Source: a virus
Reading direction: 5' to 3' (one strand)
Virus record (IMG/VR): IMGVR_UViG_3300020420_000721
Location: 22,040-86,039 of that record
Length of the DNA stretch: 64,000 nt
Under the pieces are notes generated by a model that worked only from the letters and a program-made list of their open reading frames with translations, was not told where the DNA came from and ran no database searches. A program made the position numbers and the translations under genes. Positions 1 through 9,341 of this stretch are shown here, in pieces; position 1 is the first letter of the stretch, and every line of letters begins with the position of its first letter.

Positions 1-105
1 GTAAAACAAATGGAAATCTTACAAGGACCAACAGTAAAATTAGCAAATTCAATTACGAAAAGAATTAAAAGACGTTCAATTAGTCTTGTAAAGAAAAACC
101 TTTAG
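1..105 (+). CDS. 3' end of a phage protein running in from the left edge
   Basis: Frame 1 is open from base 1 to TAG at 103-105 (VKQMEILQGPTVKLANSITKRIKRRSISLVKKNL) and overlaps the convergent mini-DnaE stop. Confidence 0.6.
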   Translation, partial: VKQMEILQGPTVKLANSITKRIKRRSISLVKKNL

Positions 106-664
106 TCAACATATTTAATTGTAAAACAATCGCATGAGCATATGCAAACGCATGAGCTTTTTTAAAGTAATAATCGTCACCCTTTGGCTTGATCCATACT
201 TCATGTAAAATTGTATCCCAATCTTTATCTAATAGATATCTTTTTGCTGGACGGATTACTGCTAAAACTGCGGCTAATTGTTCTATATTTTGTGGTTTTA
301 GTTTCCTGACTATCTCAAAATGATTGTGTATATGGAATAACTGTTCAACTACTTCTTTATGTTCTAATAATTCCCACATGGGTTCCATGTCTAATAGTTC
401 ATCTAGTTGTTCTTTACTCTCTATATTTTTATAGATACTAACATTAAGAATATCTAATTTAAAATATCCTAGTTCTTCAGCTTCTTTATAATCAACTGTT
501 GACAAACCATTAAATGGATTTTCAGGAATCTTATGAAAATAAACACCTGTGTTATGTTTTCTAATCTTATTTTTTTCATTAATAGTTGCCGGAGTATGTT
601 TAATAAGTGTTAGTAACTTATTTCTATCTGCAACATCAATATCAATATCTGTATTAACTATCAT
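80..664 (-). CDS. Miniature DNA polymerase III alpha (family C, DnaE-like) catalytic core
   Basis: Motifs DIDID, HNTGVYF, FKLDILN, AVIRP and YFKKAHAFAYA match DnaE D(F/I)DxD, HAGGVV, KFDFLGL, ALxRPG and YGFNKSHSAAYA in order; likely start is MIVNTDID, overlapping the upstream stop. Confidence 0.8.
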   Translation of the reverse strand: MIVNTDIDIDVADRNKLLTLIKHTPATINEKNKIRKHNTGVYFHKIPENPFNGLSTVDYKEAEELGYFKLDILNVSIYKNIESKEQLDELLDMEPMWELLEHKEVVEQLFHIHNHFEIVRKLKPQNIEQLAAVLAVIRPAKRYLLDKDWDTILHEVWIKPKGDDYYFKKAHAFAYAHAIVLQLNMLTKGFSLQD

Positions 665-1401
665 ATTTTTAAAATATTCCCACAATAAGCCAAGTATATC
701 TTATACTGTTTTTCCATTTCTTCTGTATATATACATTCTAATTTACTACATAATTCTTTAATGTCAAGAGCAAATATATCAACCCATATGTCAGCTGGAT
801 ATGGATTTGAATTATCAGAAGCTATTTCCAATGCTTTTTCTTTATCTGCATCAGTTACGCATCTATCAAATCCCCAATGAAATGCACATTGTAACTTCCA
901 AAAAGGTATAGTATCTTCTTTAAAATAATCAGAATAAGTATCATACATATGTTTTTTATATGCTGGATCATCTTGATGATGATCGTGTATATGCATATCA
1001 AAGGCTCGTTTTGGATTAAGAATTATTCTTTCCATATAGTTTTTCCACCAATATTTAAATACTTTAGGCTTTCCTTTAATACCAAGTTTTATAGCAGGAG
1101 TTTCCCATGTATCACTATGCCACATACCATAACTTATTCCCCAAACACCAGGTTGATTTCCCGAAGCCATTATGTCATTTAGTTTATCAAAACTTGTTTG
1201 ACTTTCCTGTATTTCAATCCATTTATGTGACCAGTGTTCTGGATCTGCATTATGATTATCCCAAGGATCACTCTGTGTTGAAGTTAACTGTTCTTCATTA
1301 CATAAAAAATTATTTGTTTTATAAGAAGGACTTTGTTCAAGAATCCATCCAAGTATTCCTACCTCTGCTCCAAATGTTCCGTAGACGTGTACATTTTTCA
1401 T
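661..1401 (-). CDS. Hypothetical protein
   Basis: Long ORF; likely start MKNVHVYG after AGGA, overlapping the upstream gene end. Confidence 0.7.
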   Translation of the reverse strand: MKNVHVYGTFGAEVGILGWILEQSPSYKTNNFLCNEEQLTSTQSDPWDNHNADPEHWSHKWIEIQESQTSFDKLNDIMASGNQPGVWGISYGMWHSDTWETPAIKLGIKGKPKVFKYWWKNYMERIILNPKRAFDMHIHDHHQDDPAYKKHMYDTYSDYFKEDTIPFWKLQCAFHWGFDRCVTDADKEKALEIASDNSNPYPADIWVDIFALDIKELCSKLECIYTEEMEKQYKIYLAYCGNILKI

Positions 1402-2072
1402 TTCATTCCTGCCTCTTCTAATACTTTTCCAACCCAATTATAATCTTCTGGACGTCTTTTAATTATACTTTTCCAACTGTCTGGATCAATATAATCTAAT
1501 ACCATATTAATCTGTTCTTGGTTAAGTTTACTAATTAATGATTCAGCCTGTGAACTTGAATATATAAGCCATGGACTAATCTTGCCACTACAAATATGAA
1601 ATACTGCTACATTAGTTGGCACCTGAATAAAATAATTACTCCATTCTGTATTGTTTTGTTCACCCCATTCACGTAGAAATAATATAGTTCTTTCTAATGC
1701 TCTATCTGCTGATTCTCTCTTTAATCTAGATTTGATCCATGTTTTAAAATGTGTATCTCTACCCCAATGATCTAGTTTTACTTGATTCTTTAGTAAATAT
1801 TCTGTAAAATCTGAGATATCATCAACACGTAAATCTTCACAATAAGTTCCAAACTTACAGAATGCTGAATAATATTGACTACCTACAAAGTCATCATATG
1901 TTTTATCTGCTTTAGAATTTGTACCAATCTTATAAAATAGTTGATATGCTCTGAAACCTAATTGAACTGATTTATCATTTTTCTGTAAATGTCTACGTTT
2001 TGGTTCACACGTATGGACTGCCAGAGTATTTTCTCTTTTAAATTCTCTTCCACAATATTCACATTTAAACAT
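1398..2072 (-). CDS. Phage protein with N-terminal zinc finger
   Basis: CEYC-x12-HTC at the N-terminus; coupled to neighbours. Confidence 0.7.
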   Translation of the reverse strand: MFKCEYCGREFKRENTLAVHTCEPKRRHLQKNDKSVQLGFRAYQLFYKIGTNSKADKTYDDFVGSQYYSAFCKFGTYCEDLRVDDISDFTEYLLKNQVKLDHWGRDTHFKTWIKSRLKRESADRALERTILFLREWGEQNNTEWSNYFIQVPTNVAVFHICSGKISPWLIYSSSQAESLISKLNQEQINMVLDYIDPDSWKSIIKRRPEDYNWVGKVLEEAGMK

Positions 2073-2413
2073 TAATGATTTCGTTTCCCATCAAATACAC
2101 AGACAAAATAACAACCATCTTTACCTGCATGAACCCTATGAAAGAATCCATCTTTTATTAAAACTATACTGCCAGGTTCAACATCATGTATTATCTTTTC
2201 TGCGTTTGGACTAATTAATTCTATTTTACCTTCACCTTTAACAAAATAGTAAACTTCTTCTTGTCCACTATGTGCATGACCCGTAGTACTCTTTCCAGGT
2301 TTGAGATCAGTACTACTTAACACTAAATTGTTAAGAGTCTTGTTGTCTTTTAATGTATATGTTTCATTATCTTTTATGACATCTCCTCCGATGTCTAGTA
2401 CGTTTAATTTCAT
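2072..2413 (-). CDS. Cupin-domain protein
   Basis: GHAH-x3-EEVYYFVKGEG and PGSIVLI..GFFHRV cupin motifs. Confidence 0.85.
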   Translation of the reverse strand: MKLNVLDIGGDVIKDNETYTLKDNKTLNNLVLSSTDLKPGKSTTGHAHSGQEEVYYFVKGEGKIELISPNAEKIIHDVEPGSIVLIKDGFFHRVHAGKDGCYFVCVFDGKRNH

Positions 2414-2877
2414 TTGAATAACTTTTTTACTTCCTTTAATTCCATACCATGTTGTAACATAAGATCCTGTATTTCCTCTTTTGGTGTCAAAGAAATATAT
2501 AGATCACACTCATCATCATTCCATTCAGGATTTTGTTCCTTTACCCATTTTAAAACCTTATTGTCCTTACCACGTTTGCCTGGAGCAAGCCACGGATGAA
2601 ATTGTGCTTTACCTAAGCCTACTACTTGCATTAATTTAAATTGTAATTCAGGATGTGTTCTAAGAATATTAGAATGTGTATTAACTAATTCATTTGTCCA
2701 TTCAATGTAATGTGTTTCAAAGTCTTTAATACTATGTTTGACACTACTTAGATATCTAGTGAGTACCCAGATATTAAGACTTTTCTTTTCTTCATCAGTA
2801 AGACTATTGTACCACGTTCTATTCTTAGTATCAATAGCCTGCATTTCAGTTTTAATTGTTAGTGTAGCTTTATTCAT
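2410..2877 (-). CDS. Clamp-loader small subunit-like (T4 gp62-like)
   Basis: WVLTRYLS..NELVN..HPELQFKLM..FHPWL pattern and size resemble gp62-family proteins. Confidence 0.55.
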   Translation of the reverse strand: MNKATLTIKTEMQAIDTKNRTWYNSLTDEEKKSLNIWVLTRYLSSVKHSIKDFETHYIEWTNELVNTHSNILRTHPELQFKLMQVVGLGKAQFHPWLAPGKRGKDNKVLKWVKEQNPEWNDDECDLYISLTPKEEIQDLMLQHGMELKEVKKLFK

Positions 2878-3378
2878 TTACCATATCTCATTTATAGATA
2901 ATTGCTCTGGAACCTTATTTGCTTCTTTAATAAACAATGCACATGGAGGATTTGCTCCATCACATAATGGCACAACCAAAAAATGTCCAAATTTTAATTT
3001 AGGAGCATACCATTTATAATCAGTATATACGTTTTCTATTGAAACGTCAAGATATGAAGGGTTATACCCTTTAATTGGATTAATAACAAAGGCTGTAAAT
3101 CCTCTATCATTAAGACTCATTAAACTTACTACTTCTGGTTCCCCAACTTCTGCATCACTGATAACGATACTCCAGTCTAACGGCACTTGTATTTTATATT
3201 CACCTATAGTCATAACTGCCGCTGGGCTATAGAAGCTCTCTAAGAATACTAAAGGAATAAAATAGTAATCTATGTTTCCTGGATTTGAATAGTCTAATAT
3301 ACCATATCTTAAATCTTCTACTTGTTCAGGAACTTCATCTAATTCATAGGTGACGTTTTCTGCTGTCAATATTTTCAT
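2878..3378 (-). CDS. Hypothetical protein, possibly a degenerate Hint fold
   Basis: Beta-rich ORF between uvsW and gp62-like; see findings. Confidence 0.6.
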   Translation of the reverse strand: MKILTAENVTYELDEVPEQVEDLRYGILDYSNPGNIDYYFIPLVFLESFYSPAAVMTIGEYKIQVPLDWSIVISDAEVGEPEVVSLMSLNDRGFTAFVINPIKGYNPSYLDVSIENVYTDYKWYAPKLKFGHFLVVPLCDGANPPCALFIKEANKVPEQLSINEIW

Positions 3379-4826
3379 TTATAATTAACCTTTTCTATAC
3401 TGAATGGATAGTTCGCCTCCTTGTAAAATCGTTTACGTTCAGTTAAATGTTTTTTCGAATATTTCGCACTAGACGTTATATCCCAAATCTCGACATGGTC
3501 CTTATCTTTTGCCTTACGAACTCCACGTCCTATACTTTGTATTACTCTTACAAAACTTTTACCAGGCTCAATGAGAACAAGATTAAAAATACGAGGTATA
3601 TTAATACCCACAGAGGCAACGCCGTATGTAGCGATAACCACATGATTAGTTCCTTCATTAATCTCATCATATGCATCTTTCCTATCTGTTGTTTTCATAA
3701 CCCCACTAACAAATTGAGCATCAGGAAGATACTCAATTAGTAATTCACCAGCTTTAATTCTATCAACTAAAACTAAAGTGTTTCCGCTATCAGATATTCT
3801 TTTTATCAATTGGCTGATATATTGCATTCTAATTTTATCTGTAGTCAAGTATGTCAATTCAGTTTGATAATTATTATATACGGCTGTTTCCAGCATTTGG
3901 ATAACATTTACATGACATTTAGATAAAACTCCTTTATCTTGTAATTCACTTGCTCCTAATCTGTGTGTTACTTCACCTAAACTAGAAATAAGTCCACATT
4001 GTTCATATTCTTCTTTTGGTATTGTACCAGTTAGTCCCCAACGTAAGGGAACGTTAGAAAAATCTTTAGTTAACAATTCTTTTAACACCTCGGCTTTTGC
4101 CTGATGTACTTCATCTACTATTACACAAACAACATCTTCAGCAAAATCCTGTAGACTGAATTCTGATTGTGCTTCTCTAAATTTCTTTTTAATTTGATTT
4201 AAACTTTGCCAAGTACAAATTGTGTGAGTTTTTCCAAAATCTTTTCTATCACCAAAATATACTCCAACATCTAATCCCATATTTTTATAGTCTTCATAAG
4301 TTTGTGTTACAAGACTTTTATTAGGAACAATAACAATAGTTCTACCATACTGTTCTACTTGATGACTAAGAGCGGCTGTGATAAGTGTTTTACCTGCACC
4401 TGTAGCAATTTCTTGTAAACAGTGAGGAGTAGCCAGATATTTGTTAATAACTTCTACTTGATAATCTCTTAACTCTATAGGTTGTCCTTCTGCAGGATGT
4501 CCTTTAGGCCATGATATTTCTTTATATGTGTCTTTTGTAATTTCTGGAAAATCCCAAGTATATTGTTTTCTATTATCTACAATAACTGGTTCATATCCTG
4601 CATCTATTATAGTTGGTAATATCTTTTCTAATAGATTAATAAATGTAACCCCACCTACTGTGAAATAACTGATGCAACCGTCCCAACGTCCTAACTTATA
4701 GGCTGGTACATGATAAGCATAAGGCAGAAAGAACTTTAGTTTCTTTTCACACTTTCTCCTAGTGTCAAGATCCAAGCCCTCAACCTTACAATTTACCTCA
4801 TCTTTCAGAATTATCTCACATCTCAT
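3375..4826 (-). CDS. uvsW: SF2 DNA helicase, UvsW-like
   Basis: LRDYQ, ATGAGKT, DEVH, GLTGT and QSIGRGVR helicase motifs. Confidence 0.9.
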   Translation of the reverse strand: MRCEIILKDEVNCKVEGLDLDTRRKCEKKLKFFLPYAYHVPAYKLGRWDGCISYFTVGGVTFINLLEKILPTIIDAGYEPVIVDNRKQYTWDFPEITKDTYKEISWPKGHPAEGQPIELRDYQVEVINKYLATPHCLQEIATGAGKTLITAALSHQVEQYGRTIVIVPNKSLVTQTYEDYKNMGLDVGVYFGDRKDFGKTHTICTWQSLNQIKKKFREAQSEFSLQDFAEDVVCVIVDEVHQAKAEVLKELLTKDFSNVPLRWGLTGTIPKEEYEQCGLISSLGEVTHRLGASELQDKGVLSKCHVNVIQMLETAVYNNYQTELTYLTTDKIRMQYISQLIKRISDSGNTLVLVDRIKAGELLIEYLPDAQFVSGVMKTTDRKDAYDEINEGTNHVVIATYGVASVGINIPRIFNLVLIEPGKSFVRVIQSIGRGVRKAKDKDHVEIWDITSSAKYSKKHLTERKRFYKEANYPFSIEKVNYK

Positions 4827-4833
4827 ATTGTTT

Positions 4834-4861
4834 ATTATACAGGTATTACCATAATTGTCAA
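4834..4861 (-). promoter_or_regulatory. Sigma70-type promoter for uvsW
   Basis: TTGACA-16-TATAAT on the minus strand, 7 nt before the ATG. Confidence 0.7.
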
Positions 4862-4903
4862 TGTATTTAACCGTCTAGAACCGGTTTTAGAATAAAAAAG
4901 TAG

Positions 4904-4930
4904 AAAAAAAGGCCCACCGAAGTGGGCCTT
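4904..4930 (-). terminator. Rho-independent terminator
   Basis: AAGGCCCAC-TTCG-GTGGGCCTT stem followed by a T run on the minus strand. Confidence 0.85.
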
Positions 4931-4948
4931 CCAAGTTAAAAGGGGGAG

Positions 4949-5800
4949 TTAGACCCTTTTCATGCAAGTTGCTTGAACCATTGCCTGCCATTTAGCTGAC
5001 ATTGACTTCTTAAGATCAGCAACCTTACAAACCATTCTTAAGGATATTTCTCTCATCCTATCCTTATTATCGAAGATGTAATCTAGAATTTCCTGTTCCT
5101 CTTCTTTACTGAACTGGTATTCTTTAAGCATACCATCAGCAACAATTTGTTTACATCTTAGCATTTTCTCCCTAGTAGTATCCATTGTCAAATCCAAATA
5201 GTGACATCTTGACATAATAGCATCTAGGTGATCTTTAATTTTACCTCTAACATTATCAAATTTAAGGTTAGTAATAAAAATAACTGAACCATTAAATTCG
5301 AAAGTATCAGGAATACCTTCACGTCTTAGTAAAGAGGAATCTGTGTTCCAGCTTAACTTTCTTTTCTTACTTGAGTCTAAAGCCGCCTTAAGTAAGTTCA
5401 ATGAAGTCTCATCATATAGTACTGTATCACAATCATCAAGTACTAGAACATTAGACTTATCTGAATATGTGTAAAGTAACTTGTACAAACCAATTGCACT
5501 AGCGGCACCTTTTTCAATAGCAAACCTAAGTTTGTTACCAGCAAGTTTGTCAAACAAGTTATTCTTTTCTAAAACTTCTTCAACACCAAAACTTTTACCA
5601 ACACCTGGAGGGCCAGTTACTACCATACCTCTAACAACACCATCTATTGAAGCCTGTGTCATTTCAGTTAGTATTTCAAATCTATCTCTCAATCGAGAAA
5701 TAATCTGTTCATCTGTTTCTTTTGGATTATCAACTGCTTGGTTGACTACCTCTAAAAGAACCTCACCTTTTTTATTTTTTCTTTGTAGCTTGGTTTTCAT
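4949..5800 (-). CDS. AAA+/P-loop ATPase (early gene)
   Basis: Walker A GPPGVGKS, Walker B VLVLDDCD, IFITN sensor, SR arginine finger. Confidence 0.85.
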   Translation of the reverse strand: MKTKLQRKNKKGEVLLEVVNQAVDNPKETDEQIISRLRDRFEILTEMTQASIDGVVRGMVVTGPPGVGKSFGVEEVLEKNNLFDKLAGNKLRFAIEKGAASAIGLYKLLYTYSDKSNVLVLDDCDTVLYDETSLNLLKAALDSSKKRKLSWNTDSSLLRREGIPDTFEFNGSVIFITNLKFDNVRGKIKDHLDAIMSRCHYLDLTMDTTREKMLRCKQIVADGMLKEYQFSKEEEQEILDYIFDNKDRMREISLRMVCKVADLKKSMSAKWQAMVQATCMKRV

Positions 5801-5920
5801 TTTAACTCCTTTTGTTTAACTTATATATACTACTCTATACTAAGATGCCTTACTTGTCAAGAAAAAAGTTGATCTATAACCCCTTGATTTTACTGACTTT
5901 TCGAAAAAAGTTGAAAAAGA
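5798..5920 (-). promoter_or_regulatory. Early promoter cassette, copy 1
   Basis: TTGACA-17-TAGAGT, A/T tracts upstream and AAAAGGAG RBS; near-duplicate of 7176-7299. Confidence 0.8.
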
Positions 5921-5930
5921 TTTCACTTTT

Positions 5931-6644
5931 TTATGCATCTAGTACCTTAACTCTGTTAAACATTGTCTCTTTACAACGTGTATATTTGCTAATTTCGTGT
6001 TTATTGACTGTACCACGAATCTTAATAATCTTCCCATCTAGTATATCACTAAGATCTGGTTGATCTCTCCACCAAAACTTAATAACATCTTCCTTATTAT
6101 GGACAGTAGTAATCATATATACACTACTACTCTGGATAAACTTTACATCAATAACTTCAACTTCAATATCATAACGTTTACGAGCATCACCAAAAAACTT
6201 ACTAGAAGCACGTAACTTTTCATAACGATCTTCAACTTCTGCACGTTTACGATCTATATTATGCATATGAGGCAAACTTGCTAGAACACTAACATGAAAG
6301 TTTGAAAGCTCTGGAGCATTTAAAGCATCAGCAAGACCTTTTTCAAAACTTTTTAGTTCACCACCAAACTTCTTCATCATAAGTTTTCCATTAAACTTAT
6401 CTACAATAGACTTGGCATCTTCCATAAATGTATCTGCACGTGAACCATTTTCAACTAGTTCATTAATAACTGTTTTGTTATCTTTAATAACAGTTTTCTT
6501 ATCACCATCAACTTTAGTATAACCCTCGCCACTACGAATAAATCCTTGTTTACGATAAACCTGAAGAGCAAGAGCAGTGATATCCATTGCTGAATAGTCA
6601 GAAAATTTATTAGTCTTTTTATTTTTAGGCATTTTCATCTCCAT
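5931..6644 (-). CDS. Hypothetical early protein with a probable C-terminal OB-like domain
   Basis: C-terminal beta pattern IKIRGTVNKHE..KETMFNRVK. Confidence 0.6.
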   Translation of the reverse strand: MEMKMPKNKKTNKFSDYSAMDITALALQVYRKQGFIRSGEGYTKVDGDKKTVIKDNKTVINELVENGSRADTFMEDAKSIVDKFNGKLMMKKFGGELKSFEKGLADALNAPELSNFHVSVLASLPHMHNIDRKRAEVEDRYEKLRASSKFFGDARKRYDIEVEVIDVKFIQSSSVYMITTVHNKEDVIKFWWRDQPDLSDILDGKIIKIRGTVNKHEISKYTRCKETMFNRVKVLDA

Positions 6645-6825
6645 TCCTTTTCATAAGAGCTTTCCAATCCTCATATGGGATATACATATCTGTATCTGGA
6701 TCATAATATGATCCTTCTGTGGCATCATAATATACTACTTTGCCAGCGGCAGTTTGGAAAGGACCCTCAAGTCCTTGCCTTGCTACATATTTCTTTGGGA
6801 TATCTGGAAGGATATAGTAACCCAT
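6625..6825 (-). CDS. Small early protein with YYD repeats
   Basis: GLEGPF..YYDATEGSYYDPDTDMY; AGGAG RBS before the ATG at 6825. Confidence 0.7.
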   Translation of the reverse strand: MGYYILPDIPKKYVARQGLEGPFQTAAGKVVYYDATEGSYYDPDTDMYIPYEDWKALMKRNGDENA

Positions 6826-6839
6826 TAAACAATCTCCTA

Positions 6840-7178
6840 TTAGTTTAAGTAAAGTGGACCTGTCCATCTAACAGTATATCCACCATCTAAAATGTTACCT
6901 CTTGGGGCATTCATAGCAGGTGCATTCCAACCTGCGGCTTTTAGGATATCACCTTTTCTAAATTTTGGATGATTATCTGTAGCAACAATAAAACCCCAAA
7001 CACTGTTTTCTCTGATAATTTTAATGTATTTCTTACCCTGCTTCACTTGAACATTATCATAAAAATTATCTAATACACCTTGGCTATATGAACTAATTTC
7101 CCTTTTGCCATTCTGTGTAGTCCAGTTTTCGTAATCTTTTTTGATATCTGCTAAAAGTGTGTCTATTTGGTTTTGCAT
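6840..7178 (-). CDS. Conserved-type small early phage protein
   Basis: GKKYIKI..VWGFI..GDILKAAGWNAPA..RGNI; directly behind the promoter cassette. Confidence 0.75.
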   Translation of the reverse strand: MQNQIDTLLADIKKDYENWTTQNGKREISSYSQGVLDNFYDNVQVKQGKKYIKIIRENSVWGFIVATDNHPKFRKGDILKAAGWNAPAMNAPRGNILDGGYTVRWTGPLYLN

Positions 7179-7299
7179 TGTAACTCCTTTTGTTTAACTT
7201 ATACTCTTATAATATAGTAAGATGTCTTACCTGTCAAGAAAAAAGTTCGATAAAAAAGCCAATAAAATCAAGGCCTTTCAAAAAAAGTTGAAAAAAAGT
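7176..7299 (-). promoter_or_regulatory. Early promoter cassette, copy 2
   Basis: TTGACA-17-TATTAT with palindrome GTAAGA-N2-TCTTAC in the spacer; AAAAGGAG RBS. Confidence 0.8.
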
Positions 7300-7929
7300 T
7301 TATATTTTTGGAAGTTTTTTGCGAGAGCCAAACCCTATTATGGATAATTTCCAGGGTCCTCCCATTTTTGAGGGTAGTTCTTTGTCTTTTAAGAACCAAC
7401 TGCTATTATGCCATTGTTTTGTATTAAAAACATATGCTGTCTGTGTATTCCATTTGTATATGTCTAATGCTTTTAAGTCATATACTTGTTTTCTATATTT
7501 TACGCCTTTTGGAAAGTGTAAAAATAATTGAGGATCAAAAAATTCTTTAGTCTGCCAATCTATTATATTACTGTCATCTTCATTTCTCATTGCATTATGT
7601 TTATACATAAGTTTATCTTCTGTAAATTTATCATAACTAATAGTGTATGGGTGTAAACAAGTCCAGTATAAAGGAATAATAACTCCAGCTACTAACTCAT
7701 AACCTTTTTCATCTACAGTATAATCAGTGTGTAAACCTACTGGAACACTACTTTGAAAATATTCAAAATTCCAGTTAAGTCCTGGCAGTAGATCTATTTT
7801 GTCATCTACTGGTGCAAATTTATTTAGATTTTTATATCCACGACGTTTAACTTCTTTAGAAACCATTAAGCCCATGGCTTTCTTTTTATGATATTCAATA
7901 TCTAAATCGTGTTCATATGTACCAAACAT
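7300..7929 (-). CDS. Putative 2OG-Fe(II) oxygenase-like protein
   Basis: HxD (GLHTD), IIPL strand, distal H (FNTKQWH) and K-x-S near the C-terminus. Confidence 0.5.
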   Translation of the reverse strand: MFGTYEHDLDIEYHKKKAMGLMVSKEVKRRGYKNLNKFAPVDDKIDLLPGLNWNFEYFQSSVPVGLHTDYTVDEKGYELVAGVIIPLYWTCLHPYTISYDKFTEDKLMYKHNAMRNEDDSNIIDWQTKEFFDPQLFLHFPKGVKYRKQVYDLKALDIYKWNTQTAYVFNTKQWHNSSWFLKDKELPSKMGGPWKLSIIGFGSRKKLPKI

Positions 7930-8172
7930 TTATTCTTTAAATTTTTCCATTTGTTCTTTAGTCCATCTATTACCTTTGTAATCTCTATCACGAAAGGGTA
8001 AAGGCATTCTGTCTACATAAAGTTTATTAGGACATGAATACTCTTTTAGTGTTCTAGCGAACTCTTTTGTTGAGTCTATACATTGATAAAAACAAAGTAG
8101 ATCTTTTTCAACAATCATTTCATTCTTTATAGAGCATTGTAACATTCCTGCTACTGCTAGTTCTAATACCAT
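7930..8172 (-). CDS. Small Cys-containing hypothetical protein
   Basis: 80 aa with four Cys, tightly coupled to dadA. Confidence 0.55.
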   Translation of the reverse strand: MVLELAVAGMLQCSIKNEMIVEKDLLCFYQCIDSTKEFARTLKEYSCPNKLYVDRMPLPFRDRDYKGNRWTKEQMEKFKE

Positions 8173-9323
8173 TAGTTATCCTTTCCAATTTGTTTTGCTA
8201 TCAACGATGCAGTATAAGCTGATAATGTCCAACCTAAATGCCCGTGACCAGTATTATAGTATATATTCTTATTGTACTTATTCTGTTTAATTATGGGCAT
8301 CATATTTGGTGTCATGGGCCTTAACCCTGCCCAAGGAGTAATGTGTTCTGTATTAATTCCAGGAAACATTCTTTCGCTCCAATTTATTAATGGCATAATT
8401 CTACTTCGTATAATATCTGTATTATATCCATTAAATTCTGCGGTACCTGCTACTCTTAATCTATCCTCACCTAATCTACTTGTAACAATTTTCGCTTCAT
8501 CGTCTAGCATACTTGTCCATGGTGCTACATCAGGATTTTGAATAGTTATAGAATATCCTTTTACAGGATATATAGGTAAATCATCACCTACTGTTTTTGC
8601 CAATTCTCTACTATGAACTCCTGCACAAACAACAATAGGAATATTCAATCTTATACTTGTAAGTTCTGCTTGTATATGTTTTACTTTATATTTTGTTTGT
8701 AATACATGAAACAAATTAATACAAAATTTATGAATATCTCCTGTAAAGTCAGTTTCGTTAAAAAACCCACCTAATAGTTTAGGAGGTGGAACTAATGCTG
8801 GTTCTATTTCTAAACATTCTTTTGCTGATACTTGCCACCTATCCAGGCCTGCTTTTCTGTATAGTTTATTAACTTTTTTAGCATTATCAAATTCTTTTTG
8901 ATTAGTATAGATATGTAGAATACCTTTTTCAACCATATCAAACTGTATATCTTCTTCTTTTGCTATTTGTTTATAAAGTGTATGAGCTTTTAATGCCCAT
9001 TCGCAAGTTTTACTTGTATTATGATTTGCTTCAGGAATAGCTCTTATAAATTTGTAAATCCAACTGTATTTGTCTATACTAAAACTTGGATTAAACTTTA
9101 AAGGAGCATCATCTTTTAGAAGCCATTTAATTCCTTTGCCTATATTCCGCCAACTATTCCAGGTTTCAGCATTGCTGGCACTGAGTTGACCACCATTTGC
9201 ATAACTGGTCGCCATTGCTGGATATTTTCTCTTGTCGTAAATTACTACTTCGTGACCTGCTTTCGCTAGGAAGTAAGCAGTGGTGATACCTGTAATTCCG
9301 GCACCAACTACGGCAATTTTCAT
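8172..9323 (-). CDS. dadA: D-amino acid dehydrogenase (FAD-dependent)
   Basis: GAGITG, TSYANGGQLS, YPVKGYS, RVAGTAE, WAGLRP and NTGHGHLGWTL. Confidence 0.9.
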   Translation of the reverse strand: MKIAVVGAGITGITTAYFLAKAGHEVVIYDKRKYPAMATSYANGGQLSASNAETWNSWRNIGKGIKWLLKDDAPLKFNPSFSIDKYSWIYKFIRAIPEANHNTSKTCEWALKAHTLYKQIAKEEDIQFDMVEKGILHIYTNQKEFDNAKKVNKLYRKAGLDRWQVSAKECLEIEPALVPPPKLLGGFFNETDFTGDIHKFCINLFHVLQTKYKVKHIQAELTSIRLNIPIVVCAGVHSRELAKTVGDDLPIYPVKGYSITIQNPDVAPWTSMLDDEAKIVTSRLGEDRLRVAGTAEFNGYNTDIIRSRIMPLINWSERMFPGINTEHITPWAGLRPMTPNMMPIIKQNKYNKNIYYNTGHGHLGWTLSAYTASLIAKQIGKDN

Positions 9324-9341
9324 GATACATTATTCTCCTTG

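Noticed and set aside
80-664. Mini-DnaE as a decayed pseudogene
   Set aside because: Catalytic motifs are intact and joined by clean internal deletions in one open frame coupled to its operon
661-1401. Sulfotransferase-like call for this ORF
   Set aside because: Only a vague N-terminal Gly pattern; not enough to support the call
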